Origin: an uncultured bacterium
GTDB taxonomy: Bacteria; Planctomycetota; DG-23; SLPQ01
Reading direction: 5' to 3'
DNA length: 34,512 nucleotides
Assembly (NCBI GenBank): GCA_937863625.1
Contig: CALMGO010000489.1
Coordinates: 1 to 34,512, forward strand
Both the position numbers and the translations under genes were made by a program. Below the pieces are notes generated by a model. That model had not been told where the DNA came from, ran no database searches, and saw only the letters and a program-made list of their open reading frames with translations. This document shows positions 7,035 through 14,031 of this stretch, piece by piece. How positions within the stretch are numbered: position 1 is the stretch's first letter; every line of letters begins with the position of its first letter.

Positions 7035-7117
7035 TCATCACCATACACCAGCGGACGGACTTATGGGGCTTGCGCGGGGCTGGGTGGCCGGACAGTCCAA
7101 GGGGAAGAAGTGAATGA
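7031..7117 (+). CDS. 28-codon micro-ORF bridging two genes
   Basis: ATGA overlaps at both ends (7031 and 7114). Peptide MIITIHQRTDLWGLRGAGWPDSPRGRSE. Confidence 0.35.
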   Translation: MIITIHQRTDLWGLRGAGWPDSPRGRSE

Positions 7118-7302
7118 CCGCCATTGAGCACGCGCTCCAGGAGATGGTGCAGGACGCGCACAGGGCGCAGCGGGCGTACAACAGGCACGGGCCGGACGCG
7201 GGGATTGTCGCGCTGGCTAATTTGGAGGCGGAATGTGCAACGCTGCGTGAGCACTTGGGGATTGAGGCGGCACGCAGGAAAGAGGGGGAGGCGAGGCAGT
7301 GA
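7114..7302 (+). CDS. hypothetical coiled-coil protein (62 aa)
   Basis: GGGGAAG lies upstream of ATG 7114. The stop overlaps the next start (GTGA at 7299). Confidence 0.6.
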   Translation: MTAIEHALQEMVQDAHRAQRAYNRHGPDAGIVALANLEAECATLREHLGIEAARRKEGEARQ

Positions 7303-7589
7303 AAGCACCAGACCTTGTAGCGGTACTCGGACCAGACCTTGCCCGCGTTGTGGCCGCGACATTTGGTGGCATGAAGCATGACATCCCCAGCATCAAGGCC
7401 ATTGACAAGGAATTGGAGCGCGATCCTGGCATTCTCGCGCACTTCGAGAAGATGCTTCACATGGGAAGCAGCGGAGAAACAGCCTACGCCCTCGCCGCAA
7501 CAAAATACCACATGTCTGTCAGTCAAGTGCGCCGCATTGTAGCCAAGGAACGCCTCAAAAGGTGCAAGTCTACTGGCAAATTTGCATAG
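7299..7589 (+). CDS. Mor/C-family-like transcriptional activator
   Basis: ATFGGMKHDIPS followed by a C-terminal HTH, ETAYALAATKYHMSVSQVRRIV. This matches the Mu Mor family layout (FGG..IYIP ... LA..Y.LS...IYRI) as I recall it. It lies directly upstream of the lysis and late genes. Confidence 0.5.
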   Translation: MKAPDLVAVLGPDLARVVAATFGGMKHDIPSIKAIDKELERDPGILAHFEKMLHMGSSGETAYALAATKYHMSVSQVRRIVAKERLKRCKSTGKFA

Positions 7590-7630
7590 CCGTTCTGTTT
7601 TTGGGGCGCATTGCCCGTATCCTCTCCCGC

Positions 7631-7846
7631 ATGGACGCGCATGGACACCTTGACAGATGCGATTACCGGACTGCCGAGAAGCTGTTCAAGCGCCGCCGTC
7701 ACCCGCAAGGTGCAAACACAAACGGGCTGCGCATCACAGGCGGCTGCCTCGTCGTGCAGGAGGCTGAGATCATCGCGCCCCACGCTTGCACGCGCTGCGG
7801 AACCACCCACGCGCAAACAACCTGCCCATGGTGTCACCACAGATGA
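7631..7846 (+). CDS. hypothetical zinc-ribbon protein
   Basis: C-terminal CTRCGTTHAQTTCPWC and high third-position GC. The stop overlaps the endolysin start (ATGA 7843). No clear RBS, so the start is uncertain. Confidence 0.45.
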   Translation: MDAHGHLDRCDYRTAEKLFKRRRHPQGANTNGLRITGGCLVVQEAEIIAPHACTRCGTTHAQTTCPWCHHR

Positions 7847-8298
7847 ACCCAGCACTCGGGAATCTCATCAAGGCCGCAGCCGACAAGCACGGCATCCCCT
7901 ACGAGATTGCGCTTGGCATGGTGCAGACCGAGTCAAGCGGCAACGCCAAGGCCACGCGCCACGAACCAGCTTTCCAGCGCCGTTACATCGATCCTCTCCA
8001 CTACCCCGCGAAGGAGGCCAGGCAACGGGCCACTTCCTGGGGCTTGCTGCAAATCATGGGCGAGACTGCGCGCTCCATCGGCTTCAAGCTCGCGTTCGAG
8101 GAACTGCTTGTCCCCGAGACGGGCCTCGAATGGGGCCTGCGCTACCTCGCCAAGCTGCGCGCCAAGTACCCCGCTGAGCCGTGGAGGGTCATCGTCCGCG
8201 CTTACAACGGTGGGCCGGGCAATCGCCACAACGAGACGAACCACTACCCGGACAGGGTGTTGATTAACGCGGGCATGGTGTCGTGGCCGGACGAATAA
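7843..8298 (+). CDS. endolysin, lytic transglycosylase (SLT domain)
   Basis: ALGMVQTESSGN (catalytic Glu-Ser), SWGLLQIMG and RAYNGGPG are canonical SLT motifs. Confidence 0.85.
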   Translation: MNPALGNLIKAAADKHGIPYEIALGMVQTESSGNAKATRHEPAFQRRYIDPLHYPAKEARQRATSWGLLQIMGETARSIGFKLAFEELLVPETGLEWGLRYLAKLRAKYPAEPWRVIVRAYNGGPGNRHNETNHYPDRVLINAGMVSWPDE

Positions 8299-8453
8299 GG
8301 GCGTGGCTCCAACACCGCCTCAACCCCCAGCACATCGCCTGCCGTCTGTGCGACTGCGGCCTGCCCATCAGGTGGGCGCTGTCCATCGGCGGGACCATTG
8401 GCGCGATATTCCGGCCGCTGATCTACCGGCAGCCTAGCAAGGTAACGAAATGA
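8283..8453 (+). CDS. hypothetical small protein in the lysis cassette (56 aa, C-terminal hydrophobic stretch)
   Basis: The frame shows very high third-position GC. The only canonical start is GTG 8283, which overlaps the endolysin 3-prime end. The stop overlaps the lipoprotein start (ATGA 8450). Contains WALSIGGTIGAIF. Confidence 0.45.
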   Translation: MAGRIRAWLQHRLNPQHIACRLCDCGLPIRWALSIGGTIGAIFRPLIYRQPSKVTK

Positions 8454-8698
8454 AAAGCAGACTTGCCGTTATGGCCCTGTTGGGCATCGTACTGTTTACG
8501 TCCGGCTGCGCTGGCATGACCACTCAAGAGCGTCAGGCCGTGCGCGCTGACGTGCTACTCGGCATGGAAATCCTCGCCGCTGGCGTGGCTGGTATGCCCA
8601 ATACCGACCCGGCCATGGCCTACTGGAGCCGCTACGCCGCTGGTGTGCTGGGCAAGCGCGCAAACCCTACCGCATCCGCGTCCCAGGTGGCGCAGTAA
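8450..8698 (+). CDS. lipoprotein (possible spanin-type component)
   Basis: Signal peptide MKSRLAVMALLGIVLFTSGC with a lipobox (L-F-T-S-G-C). Position next to the endolysin. Confidence 0.7.
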   Translation: MKSRLAVMALLGIVLFTSGCAGMTTQERQAVRADVLLGMEILAAGVAGMPNTDPAMAYWSRYAAGVLGKRANPTASASQVAQ

Positions 8699-8789
8699 TC
8701 ATTCGGCAAGGGCGCCTGAATGTGTTCTTTGTGGGGTTCAACTCCCACGGGCAACGACTGACAATGCTGATTCTCGGAGCGACGTTCTG

Positions 8790-9116
8790 ATGCCCTATCA
8801 ATACCCCAGCTGGTGGATCAACCTGACCGAAGAGGACATAGCCGCCCACTCCAACGGATGCGGGCCGGGCGCGTGGAAGATCGACCTCGTGCCCGACGAG
8901 CTGTTGGGCGTGGACTTCCACCTGTGCTGCATAATCCACGACGTCGAATATTGGCAGGGCAAGGACAAGCAGGCTGCAGACTGTCGGCTACTGGCAAACA
9001 TGCTGGTGGCGTGTCTTGAACAGCATCCCGATAAGGCCCGCAAGTTCGTCCCGCTGGCGTTCACCTACTACGAGGCCGTGCGTGTCGCTGGCCACGCCTG
9101 CTTCGGGAGGGGTTAG
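8790..9116 (+). CDS. Cys/His-rich protein with phospholipase-A2-like motif set
   Basis: NGCGPG (aa 22-27), CCIIHDVEY (aa 46-54), DC (aa 64-65) and C75 follow the PLA2 Ca-loop / C-C-x-x-H-D-x-x-Y / Asp layout (recollection). GGAG lies upstream of ATG 8790. Confidence 0.45.
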   Translation: MPYQYPSWWINLTEEDIAAHSNGCGPGAWKIDLVPDELLGVDFHLCCIIHDVEYWQGKDKQAADCRLLANMLVACLEQHPDKARKFVPLAFTYYEAVRVAGHACFGRG

Positions 9117-9460
9117 TGAGTGCAGACCAGCCCGGCATGCTCGAAGGAGCCCGCCAATACGCCCACTTGGCCCTGCCCCTCGCGCTTGGGCTGCTGGGGT
9201 CCGTCGTGAGGACACTTACGGGCCTGAAAGAGGGCTGCACGTGGCGGCGGTTGCTGCTGGAACTGTCCATCAACTCGACTGCCGCAGTGTTCGCCGGGGC
9301 TGTCGTCGGGCTCTATCTCGAAAACATGGACGTCACCTACGGGACCAAGTGCGCGTTGATCGCCCTGGCCAGTGTGTCGGGCAAGGATCTTGTGGCGCAA
9401 TGGCTCACGAAGAAGTGGCTGGACGCGCTGTTCAAGTGTGTGCTGCCGGGGAAGCAATAG
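9116..9460 (+). CDS. holin (three-TMD, lambda S-like layout)
   Basis: Three hydrophobic segments (HLALPLALGLLGSVV, STAAVFAGAVVGLYL, KCALIALASV) followed by a charged tail, KDLVAQWLTKKW. GTG 9116 overlaps the upstream TAG. Confidence 0.65.
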   Translation: MSADQPGMLEGARQYAHLALPLALGLLGSVVRTLTGLKEGCTWRRLLLELSINSTAAVFAGAVVGLYLENMDVTYGTKCALIALASVSGKDLVAQWLTKKWLDALFKCVLPGKQ

Positions 9461-9491
9461 GCTGAATGATGGGCGGAATCCGAAACTGAAC

Positions 9492-9554
9492 AAACCCCGC
9501 CACGCCTTAACGGGATGCGCTTCACGCGTCCGGGCGAACCACGGCGGGTTTTTA
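9492..9554 (+). terminator. terminator-like structure after the lysis cassette
   Basis: AAACCCCGCC (9492-9501) pairs with GGCGGGTTTTT (9543-9553). The long loop contains an inner hairpin GGATGCG-CTTCA-CGCGTCC (9513-9531). A T-run follows. Confidence 0.4.
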
Positions 9555-9795
9555 GCACTCCGGGCTAACCCCTAGGATTGCATCTAGCAGGGGCGCGACT
9601 GCTTACAATACACGCGCGATTGCTCCGATTGGGGCTGGCCGTCATCGCGAAAGCGGGGGGCGGAAAACCAGGGGCGCGGCTGGGAAAACAACGCGCCAAT
9701 GTTCTCTCCACACCTGGGCTAGGTCGGCCAACCGAAAAGCTGGACTCCTCGCCAGCCTGCCCAGGGGAACCAAACGAGGACGCCGAGGAGGGCGA

Positions 9796-10272
9796 ATGTA
9801 CGACGGTATGGTGACCTTGGGCGTGATGAGCCCCGACCGCGCAGACAACGCACTATATGCAAGGACAACCGCAGCGAAAAACCCCGAGGCGGTTCAAGTA
9901 GACGACCAGTTTCTTCCCTGGGTCCCGCGTGGGACCTTTTGGGTGTCGTTCAACGGGAACACCTCACAGTTTAGCCCGGCAGAGAAGATAGAAAAGGCCA
10001 GGGCGTACGCGGATAGCAAGATTGAAGCGGAGAGGCGGGCCACAGAGAAGTACGAGCGGAACGTCTACTGGTCCAAGGTGCGGGCAGACGTGCTTAAGCG
10101 CGACAGGTTCACGTGTCGTATATGCGGACTGTCCGGCGACTCATCGCTGCATGTTCACCACATCATGAAGCAGAAAGAGGGCGGAACGGATCACAAGGAC
10201 AACCTCATAACTGTATGCCCAAAGTGCCACAAGGCAGCAGACACCAAGCTCTATAACCCGGACTGGGCATAA
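9796..10272 (+). CDS. HNH endonuclease (packaging-associated position)
   Basis: CRICGLSGDSSLHVHHIMKQKEGGTDHKDNLITVCPKCH is an HNH motif. Strong RBS GAGGAGGG before ATG 9796. Lies upstream of the terminase genes. Confidence 0.85.
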   Translation: MYDGMVTLGVMSPDRADNALYARTTAAKNPEAVQVDDQFLPWVPRGTFWVSFNGNTSQFSPAEKIEKARAYADSKIEAERRATEKYERNVYWSKVRADVLKRDRFTCRICGLSGDSSLHVHHIMKQKEGGTDHKDNLITVCPKCHKAADTKLYNPDWA

Positions 10273-10273
10273 G

Positions 10274-10732
10274 ATGAACACATTCACTCGCCCAAGCGGA
10301 TACAAACCCACCCACGCACCCATGCCACTCGGGATGCTCGAAGACCCGGCCCTTTCGTATAAGGCGAAGGGGCTTATGGCGTATTTGCTCTCCCGCCCGG
10401 CGGAGTGGAAGGTGTGGGAGAAAGATCTCGTCAACAGATCTAAGGACTCCAGGGACTCAGTGCGTTCCGCCATCAAGGAACTCGTCGCGCTCGGTTACAT
10501 TGCCCGGCAGCGGACCACTAACGATAAGGGTAGATTCTCCGGGTATATCTACACATTTTACGAGTCACCTATACAGGAAGTACCGAGGACGGATTTTCCG
10601 GCGACGGACAACCCGCTGCATAATAAGAACCAAGACATAAGAAAGAACAGCCAACACCCACACGCCCCCTCACCCATGCGCGACAACCTCCGCACACTCG
10701 AAGCCTACAAGCGAGACGCACTTGCCAGCTAA
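10274..10732 (+). CDS. winged-helix DNA-binding protein (HTH_36 / replication-organiser-N-like)
   Basis: PMPLGMLEDPALSYKAKGLMAYLLSRPAEWKVWEKDLVNRSKDSRDSVRSAIKELVALGYI matches a widespread phage/plasmid wH family pattern (recollection). Confidence 0.6.
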   Translation: MNTFTRPSGYKPTHAPMPLGMLEDPALSYKAKGLMAYLLSRPAEWKVWEKDLVNRSKDSRDSVRSAIKELVALGYIARQRTTNDKGRFSGYIYTFYESPIQEVPRTDFPATDNPLHNKNQDIRKNSQHPHAPSPMRDNLRTLEAYKRDALAS

Positions 10733-11339
10733 GACCGCCGCTAAGGCCCCCAGGAAGGCCCCAAAGCCACTCAAGGTGGACGGCGAGGTAATCGAGCGCA
10801 CCACTGGGCCAGGACGCCGCATGACGCCAGCAGAGCAGGCCAAGGCCGTCGCCCTCAAGGAGCAAGGAGCGCAGACCGTAGACATCGCACGCGCACTCAG
10901 CTGCTCACGTTCCACCGTCAAGGACATGCTTAAGCGCGTAGACCAGGAAGCCGCACAGGTAAAGGAATACGTCAGTAAGCGCGGTGACCTGCTGGCACAG
11001 ACCCAGGCCATGATCGCGAATGTTGAACAGATGGTGCTCAATAGCATCACTGAGCAGGACGTCAATGCGTGCACCGCGACACAAAAGGCCACGATCCTCG
11101 CCCAACTCACCACTGCCCGTGCCATCAACTTCGACAAGGAACGCCTGGAACGCGGCCAGTCCACCAGCAATATCAACAGCTTGCTTGTCGTCGCACAACG
11201 CGGTGCCATGTCCACGCTCAACGCTCGCCTGGGTATTCCCGAGCGCGCACCTAGTGACCTGTGTAACACGATAGACGCACAGTGTGTTACTAATGGTGGG
11301 GGAACCCTACCTATTGAGACCCATAGAGAGGGCCTATAA
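10722..11339 (+). CDS. terminase small subunit-like HTH protein (start uncertain)
   Basis: Resolvase-type HTH (EQGAQTVDIARALSCSRSTVKDMLKRV) followed by a long helical region, placed upstream of TerL. TTG 10722 or ATG 10821 are possible starts; codon bias is already coding-like from 10722. Confidence 0.5.
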   Translation: MPAKTAAKAPRKAPKPLKVDGEVIERTTGPGRRMTPAEQAKAVALKEQGAQTVDIARALSCSRSTVKDMLKRVDQEAAQVKEYVSKRGDLLAQTQAMIANVEQMVLNSITEQDVNACTATQKATILAQLTTARAINFDKERLERGQSTSNINSLLVVAQRGAMSTLNARLGIPERAPSDLCNTIDAQCVTNGGGTLPIETHREGL

Positions 11340-11417
11340 TTTTGGGACATAAAAAGGCGAACGATAACAGGCCTTGCGCGGTAAGTTTACATAAAGCTCA
11401 TTCTGAGGCAAATTTCA

Positions 11418-11807
11418 ATGATAGATAAATCTGATAATGGCGCGACTACAGCCCGGAAGAAGGCCGGACGCGAGCGCGAGTACATGCGTGAATACGCCAG
11501 GGCTCGCCGGGCCTCCGACAACAAGTTCGCCAGCGACGCGAGATACAATGCCGCACGAGTCGAGCGTATGCGTGCGTTCAAGCACGGGTTCCTAACGGCA
11601 CAGGGCGGATGTTGTACGGTGTGTTCCGGATCGTTCCCCCTAGAAGTCTACGATTTCCACCACATAGACCCGTCCACGAAGGAGGAAACGGTGAACCACT
11701 TCATCTTCCGTGGGCAATGGGCGCTGGCCGAAGCGGAGGCGAGCAAGTGTGTTCTGGTCTGCGCCAACTGTCACAGGATGGTCCACAGTGGCAACGCGAC
11801 CCTCTAG
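11418..11807 (+). CDS. HNH endonuclease
   Basis: CCTVCSG...YDFHHIDPSTKE...VLVCANCHRMVH is an HNH motif. Preceded by an AT-rich 78-bp gap. Inserted between the TerS-like gene and TerL. Confidence 0.85.
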   Translation: MIDKSDNGATTARKKAGREREYMREYARARRASDNKFASDARYNAARVERMRAFKHGFLTAQGGCCTVCSGSFPLEVYDFHHIDPSTKEETVNHFIFRGQWALAEAEASKCVLVCANCHRMVHSGNATL

Positions 11808-11833
11808 GACCCCAGGGGGGGGAGAAGGCGGGT

Positions 11834-11929
11834 ATGTCTGTGAGAGTGGCGCGAATGTGGTCCAGGACACCAGCCATACGCAGGAAAACAAAGGGTTTTC
11901 TACTCACGCTCGCGCTGCCTACGGTGTGA
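11834..11929 (+). CDS. 31-codon ORF (doubtful)
   Basis: Good RBS GGAGAAGG 5 nt before ATG 11834, and the stop overlaps GTG 11926 (GTGA). Codon bias is only moderate. Alternative reading: the next gene starts at GTG 11857. Confidence 0.3.
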   Translation: MSVRVARMWSRTPAIRRKTKGFLLTLALPTV

Positions 11930-12165
11930 GCCGTGGTGCTATCTGGGCGGCAGTGTACGAGGTGATGAGTAGGCGCTGCGAGTGCATAACCTGTGGGAAC
12001 TTGAAGGGCAAGCGGGTTGGCGACGGGTATTTGGTGGAGTGTGGTCCGCTGGACTGGTGGCGGGTTTATCCGGTGGAGGAGATGACGCCGCAGGTGCTGG
12101 AGGGGATTGGTAGGCGCAGGGTGAAGGGTTGCCGGTTGTATGACGGCGGGGATGGTGGGGAATGA
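11926..12165 (+). CDS. hypothetical Cys-containing protein (79 aa; start may be 11857)
   Basis: CECITCGNLKG...VECG. The stop overlaps the next start (ATGA 12162). Confidence 0.45.
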   Translation: MSRGAIWAAVYEVMSRRCECITCGNLKGKRVGDGYLVECGPLDWWRVYPVEEMTPQVLEGIGRRRVKGCRLYDGGDGGE

Positions 12166-12338
12166 AGTGCGTGTGTGGCGGTGAAACGAGCGTGAAGAAG
12201 ACGAGGGATGAGGGTGCGTTCGTGCGGAGAAGGAGGGAGTGCGACGTCTGCGGCTTGAGGGTGTGGACGGTTGAGGTCGTGGATGTGGAGCGGTGCGAGT
12301 ATCCGCGTAGGGTGAGTGATTCGGTGGTGGTCCAGTGA
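12162..12338 (+). CDS. zinc-ribbon protein (NrdR-N-terminal-like / Ogr-Delta-like pattern)
   Basis: MKCVCGGETSVKKTRDEGAFVRRRRECDVCGLRVWTVE follows C-x-C...R-R-R-R-x-C-x2-C-x3-(F/W)-T-x-E. ATGA and GTGA overlaps on its two sides. Confidence 0.6.
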   Translation: MKCVCGGETSVKKTRDEGAFVRRRRECDVCGLRVWTVEVVDVERCEYPRRVSDSVVVQ

Positions 12339-13912
12339 GTAAAAACGACGAGATCCAGGCGAAGAAGCTGCTCAAGCAGTTGCGGGAGGAGAAGCAGAAG
12401 AATCCGGTGGAGGAGCTGCGTTCTCACGTAGAGCGTTGGCAGTTCGACCCTGAGTTGTTCTTCGTGGAGGCTTTGGGAATCAAGCAGACGAACCAGCAGC
12501 GTGCGTTGGTGCGGCTGGTGCTGGAGATGATGCTTGCGAAGGTCAGGGTGGGCAGGAGGGGCAACGACATCACGGACCGGGAACGGGAGTTGAGCGGCAA
12601 GCTGGGGATCAGTGTCATGTCTGGCAAGGGCCTGGGCAAGGACTTTACGGTTGCGGGCCTGTGTGCGTGGTTTTTGGTGTGCTGGAGTGACTTTGTGGGG
12701 CTTGTGACTGCTCCGACGGGCAAGCAGTTGGAGGACGTTTTGTCGAGTGAGGTTTCGCGGGTGCTGAAGGCGAGCCCGGCGAACCTGTGGCAGTGGGTGA
12801 CGGTTGATAAGGGCGGGTTTTTCCTGATGAACGGGCCGAAGAAGGCTGGCGCGTTTATTACGAAGAGAACGGCCAACGTGAAGGGCGGTGCTGAGGAGCA
12901 GGGTGAGGCCCTGGCAGGTCTGCACGGCGACTTTATGTGCCTGATGGCTGACGAGGCTAGTGGCTTGCCTGACGGCGTGTTCAACCCGCTTGAAACTACG
13001 ATGACGGGCATCTGTAACCTTGCGATCCTCATAGGCAACCCCACCAGGAACACGGGGTATTTTTACCGGACGCACTTCAACGAGCGTGACCGGGAGATGT
13101 GGGAGGCTGTCAGGTGGGACGCAGAGGAAAGCGACCTTGAGGAGATCAAGCCCGGCCTGAAGGCGCAAATCGCTCGTATGGAGGCGAAGTACGGGCGCGA
13201 CAGCAATGCTTTCCGGATCAACGTACAGGGCCTGCCTCCGCTGGACGAGTATAACACGTTGATTCCGCTGGACTGGATTCAGTCAGCCGTGGGCCGGGAC
13301 ATCGAGATAGACGAGGAGCACGATCCGCTGGTGTTCGGCGTGGACGTTGGGCGCGGCGGCGACCCGAGTATTTGCCTGCACCGGAAGGGGCGCGTTGTGA
13401 TCGACATCCGCGAGAACAAGAGCGCGGACACGATGGTTGTGGCCCGGTGGGTGATGCAGCAGATGGAAGATTTCGAGCCTGACGCTACGGTGATCGACCA
13501 TAACGCCGTGGGTGCTGGCGTGTATGACCGCTTAAGGGAGCTTGGCGGCAGTTATGGCGTGTACGGCATCAACTTTGCGGAGAATCCGAGCGCGAAAGAG
13601 CGGTTTCGGAATCTCAGGGCGGAGATGTACTGGAAGTTGCGTGAAGAGTTCCAGAACAGGACTATATCTATACCGGAAGACGAGGAGCTTGTGTACGAGC
13701 TGTCCTCGATTAAGGTAGAAGAGTACGAGCCGCGACTGTTGTTGAAGAGTAAAAAGAAGATGAAACTCGACGGTGATGCTTCACCGAACAAGGCGGACGC
13801 ATTGGCGCACAGTTACTATGTTTATGCGCTGTCTAAGGCCAGCCAACAGAAGCGCGACCCGTGGGCGGACGACTCCAGAAGCGCGGGTGGCCGTGGCTGG
13901 ATGAGCGCATAG
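12335..13912 (+). CDS. terL: terminase large subunit
   Basis: 525 aa with Walker-A-like SGKGLGKD and Walker-B-like FMCLMADEASG, plus a C-terminal nuclease-type region. Immediately upstream of the portal gene. Confidence 0.85.
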   Translation: MSKNDEIQAKKLLKQLREEKQKNPVEELRSHVERWQFDPELFFVEALGIKQTNQQRALVRLVLEMMLAKVRVGRRGNDITDRERELSGKLGISVMSGKGLGKDFTVAGLCAWFLVCWSDFVGLVTAPTGKQLEDVLSSEVSRVLKASPANLWQWVTVDKGGFFLMNGPKKAGAFITKRTANVKGGAEEQGEALAGLHGDFMCLMADEASGLPDGVFNPLETTMTGICNLAILIGNPTRNTGYFYRTHFNERDREMWEAVRWDAEESDLEEIKPGLKAQIARMEAKYGRDSNAFRINVQGLPPLDEYNTLIPLDWIQSAVGRDIEIDEEHDPLVFGVDVGRGGDPSICLHRKGRVVIDIRENKSADTMVVARWVMQQMEDFEPDATVIDHNAVGAGVYDRLRELGGSYGVYGINFAENPSAKERFRNLRAEMYWKLREEFQNRTISIPEDEELVYELSSIKVEEYEPRLLLKSKKKMKLDGDASPNKADALAHSYYVYALSKASQQKRDPWADDSRSAGGRGWMSA

Positions 13913-13921
13913 CGGCAGACG

Positions 13922-13993
13922 ATGCACGAGTGTATCAATTGCGGCCTTGTCCATCCGTATCGCGTGTGCCCGAGGTGCGGAACGGGTTGTTGA
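13922..13993 (+). CDS. 23-codon C-x2-C ... C-x2-C mini-ORF (doubtful)
   Basis: MHECINCGLVHPYRVCPRCGTGC. Weak RBS. Lies in the TerL-portal gap. Confidence 0.25.
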   Translation: MHECINCGLVHPYRVCPRCGTGC

Positions 13994-14031
13994 GGGAATA
14001 GCCCCCAGGCGTGACCTGGGCAAGAGGAACC

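Noticed and set aside
7576-7630. Mor-dependent late promoter between the Mor-like gene and the lysis genes (10-bp palindrome GCAAATTTGC at 7576-7585, TATCCT at 7618-7623).
   Set aside because: I could not identify a convincing -35/-10 pair or a known activator-site pattern by eye, so it is left as a note only.
8731-8748. T-arm-like hairpin GTGGG-GTTCAACT-CCCAC, considered as a tRNA or the missing 3-prime half of a split tRNA.
   Set aside because: The loop is 8 nt rather than 7. The downstream sequence GGGCAAC does not complement the GCCAGCG acceptor strand at 30948, and no D arm or anticodon arm lies upstream.
9578-9814. 78-aa ORF in the lysis-packaging gap, and a TTGCAT ... TACAAT promoter-like pair (9578-9609).
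   Set aside because: The ORF has a TTG start without an RBS, lower third-position GC than neighbouring genes and an Arg/Gly/Pro-rich product. The promoter-like hexamers are separated by 20 nt, outside the usual 16-18 nt spacing.
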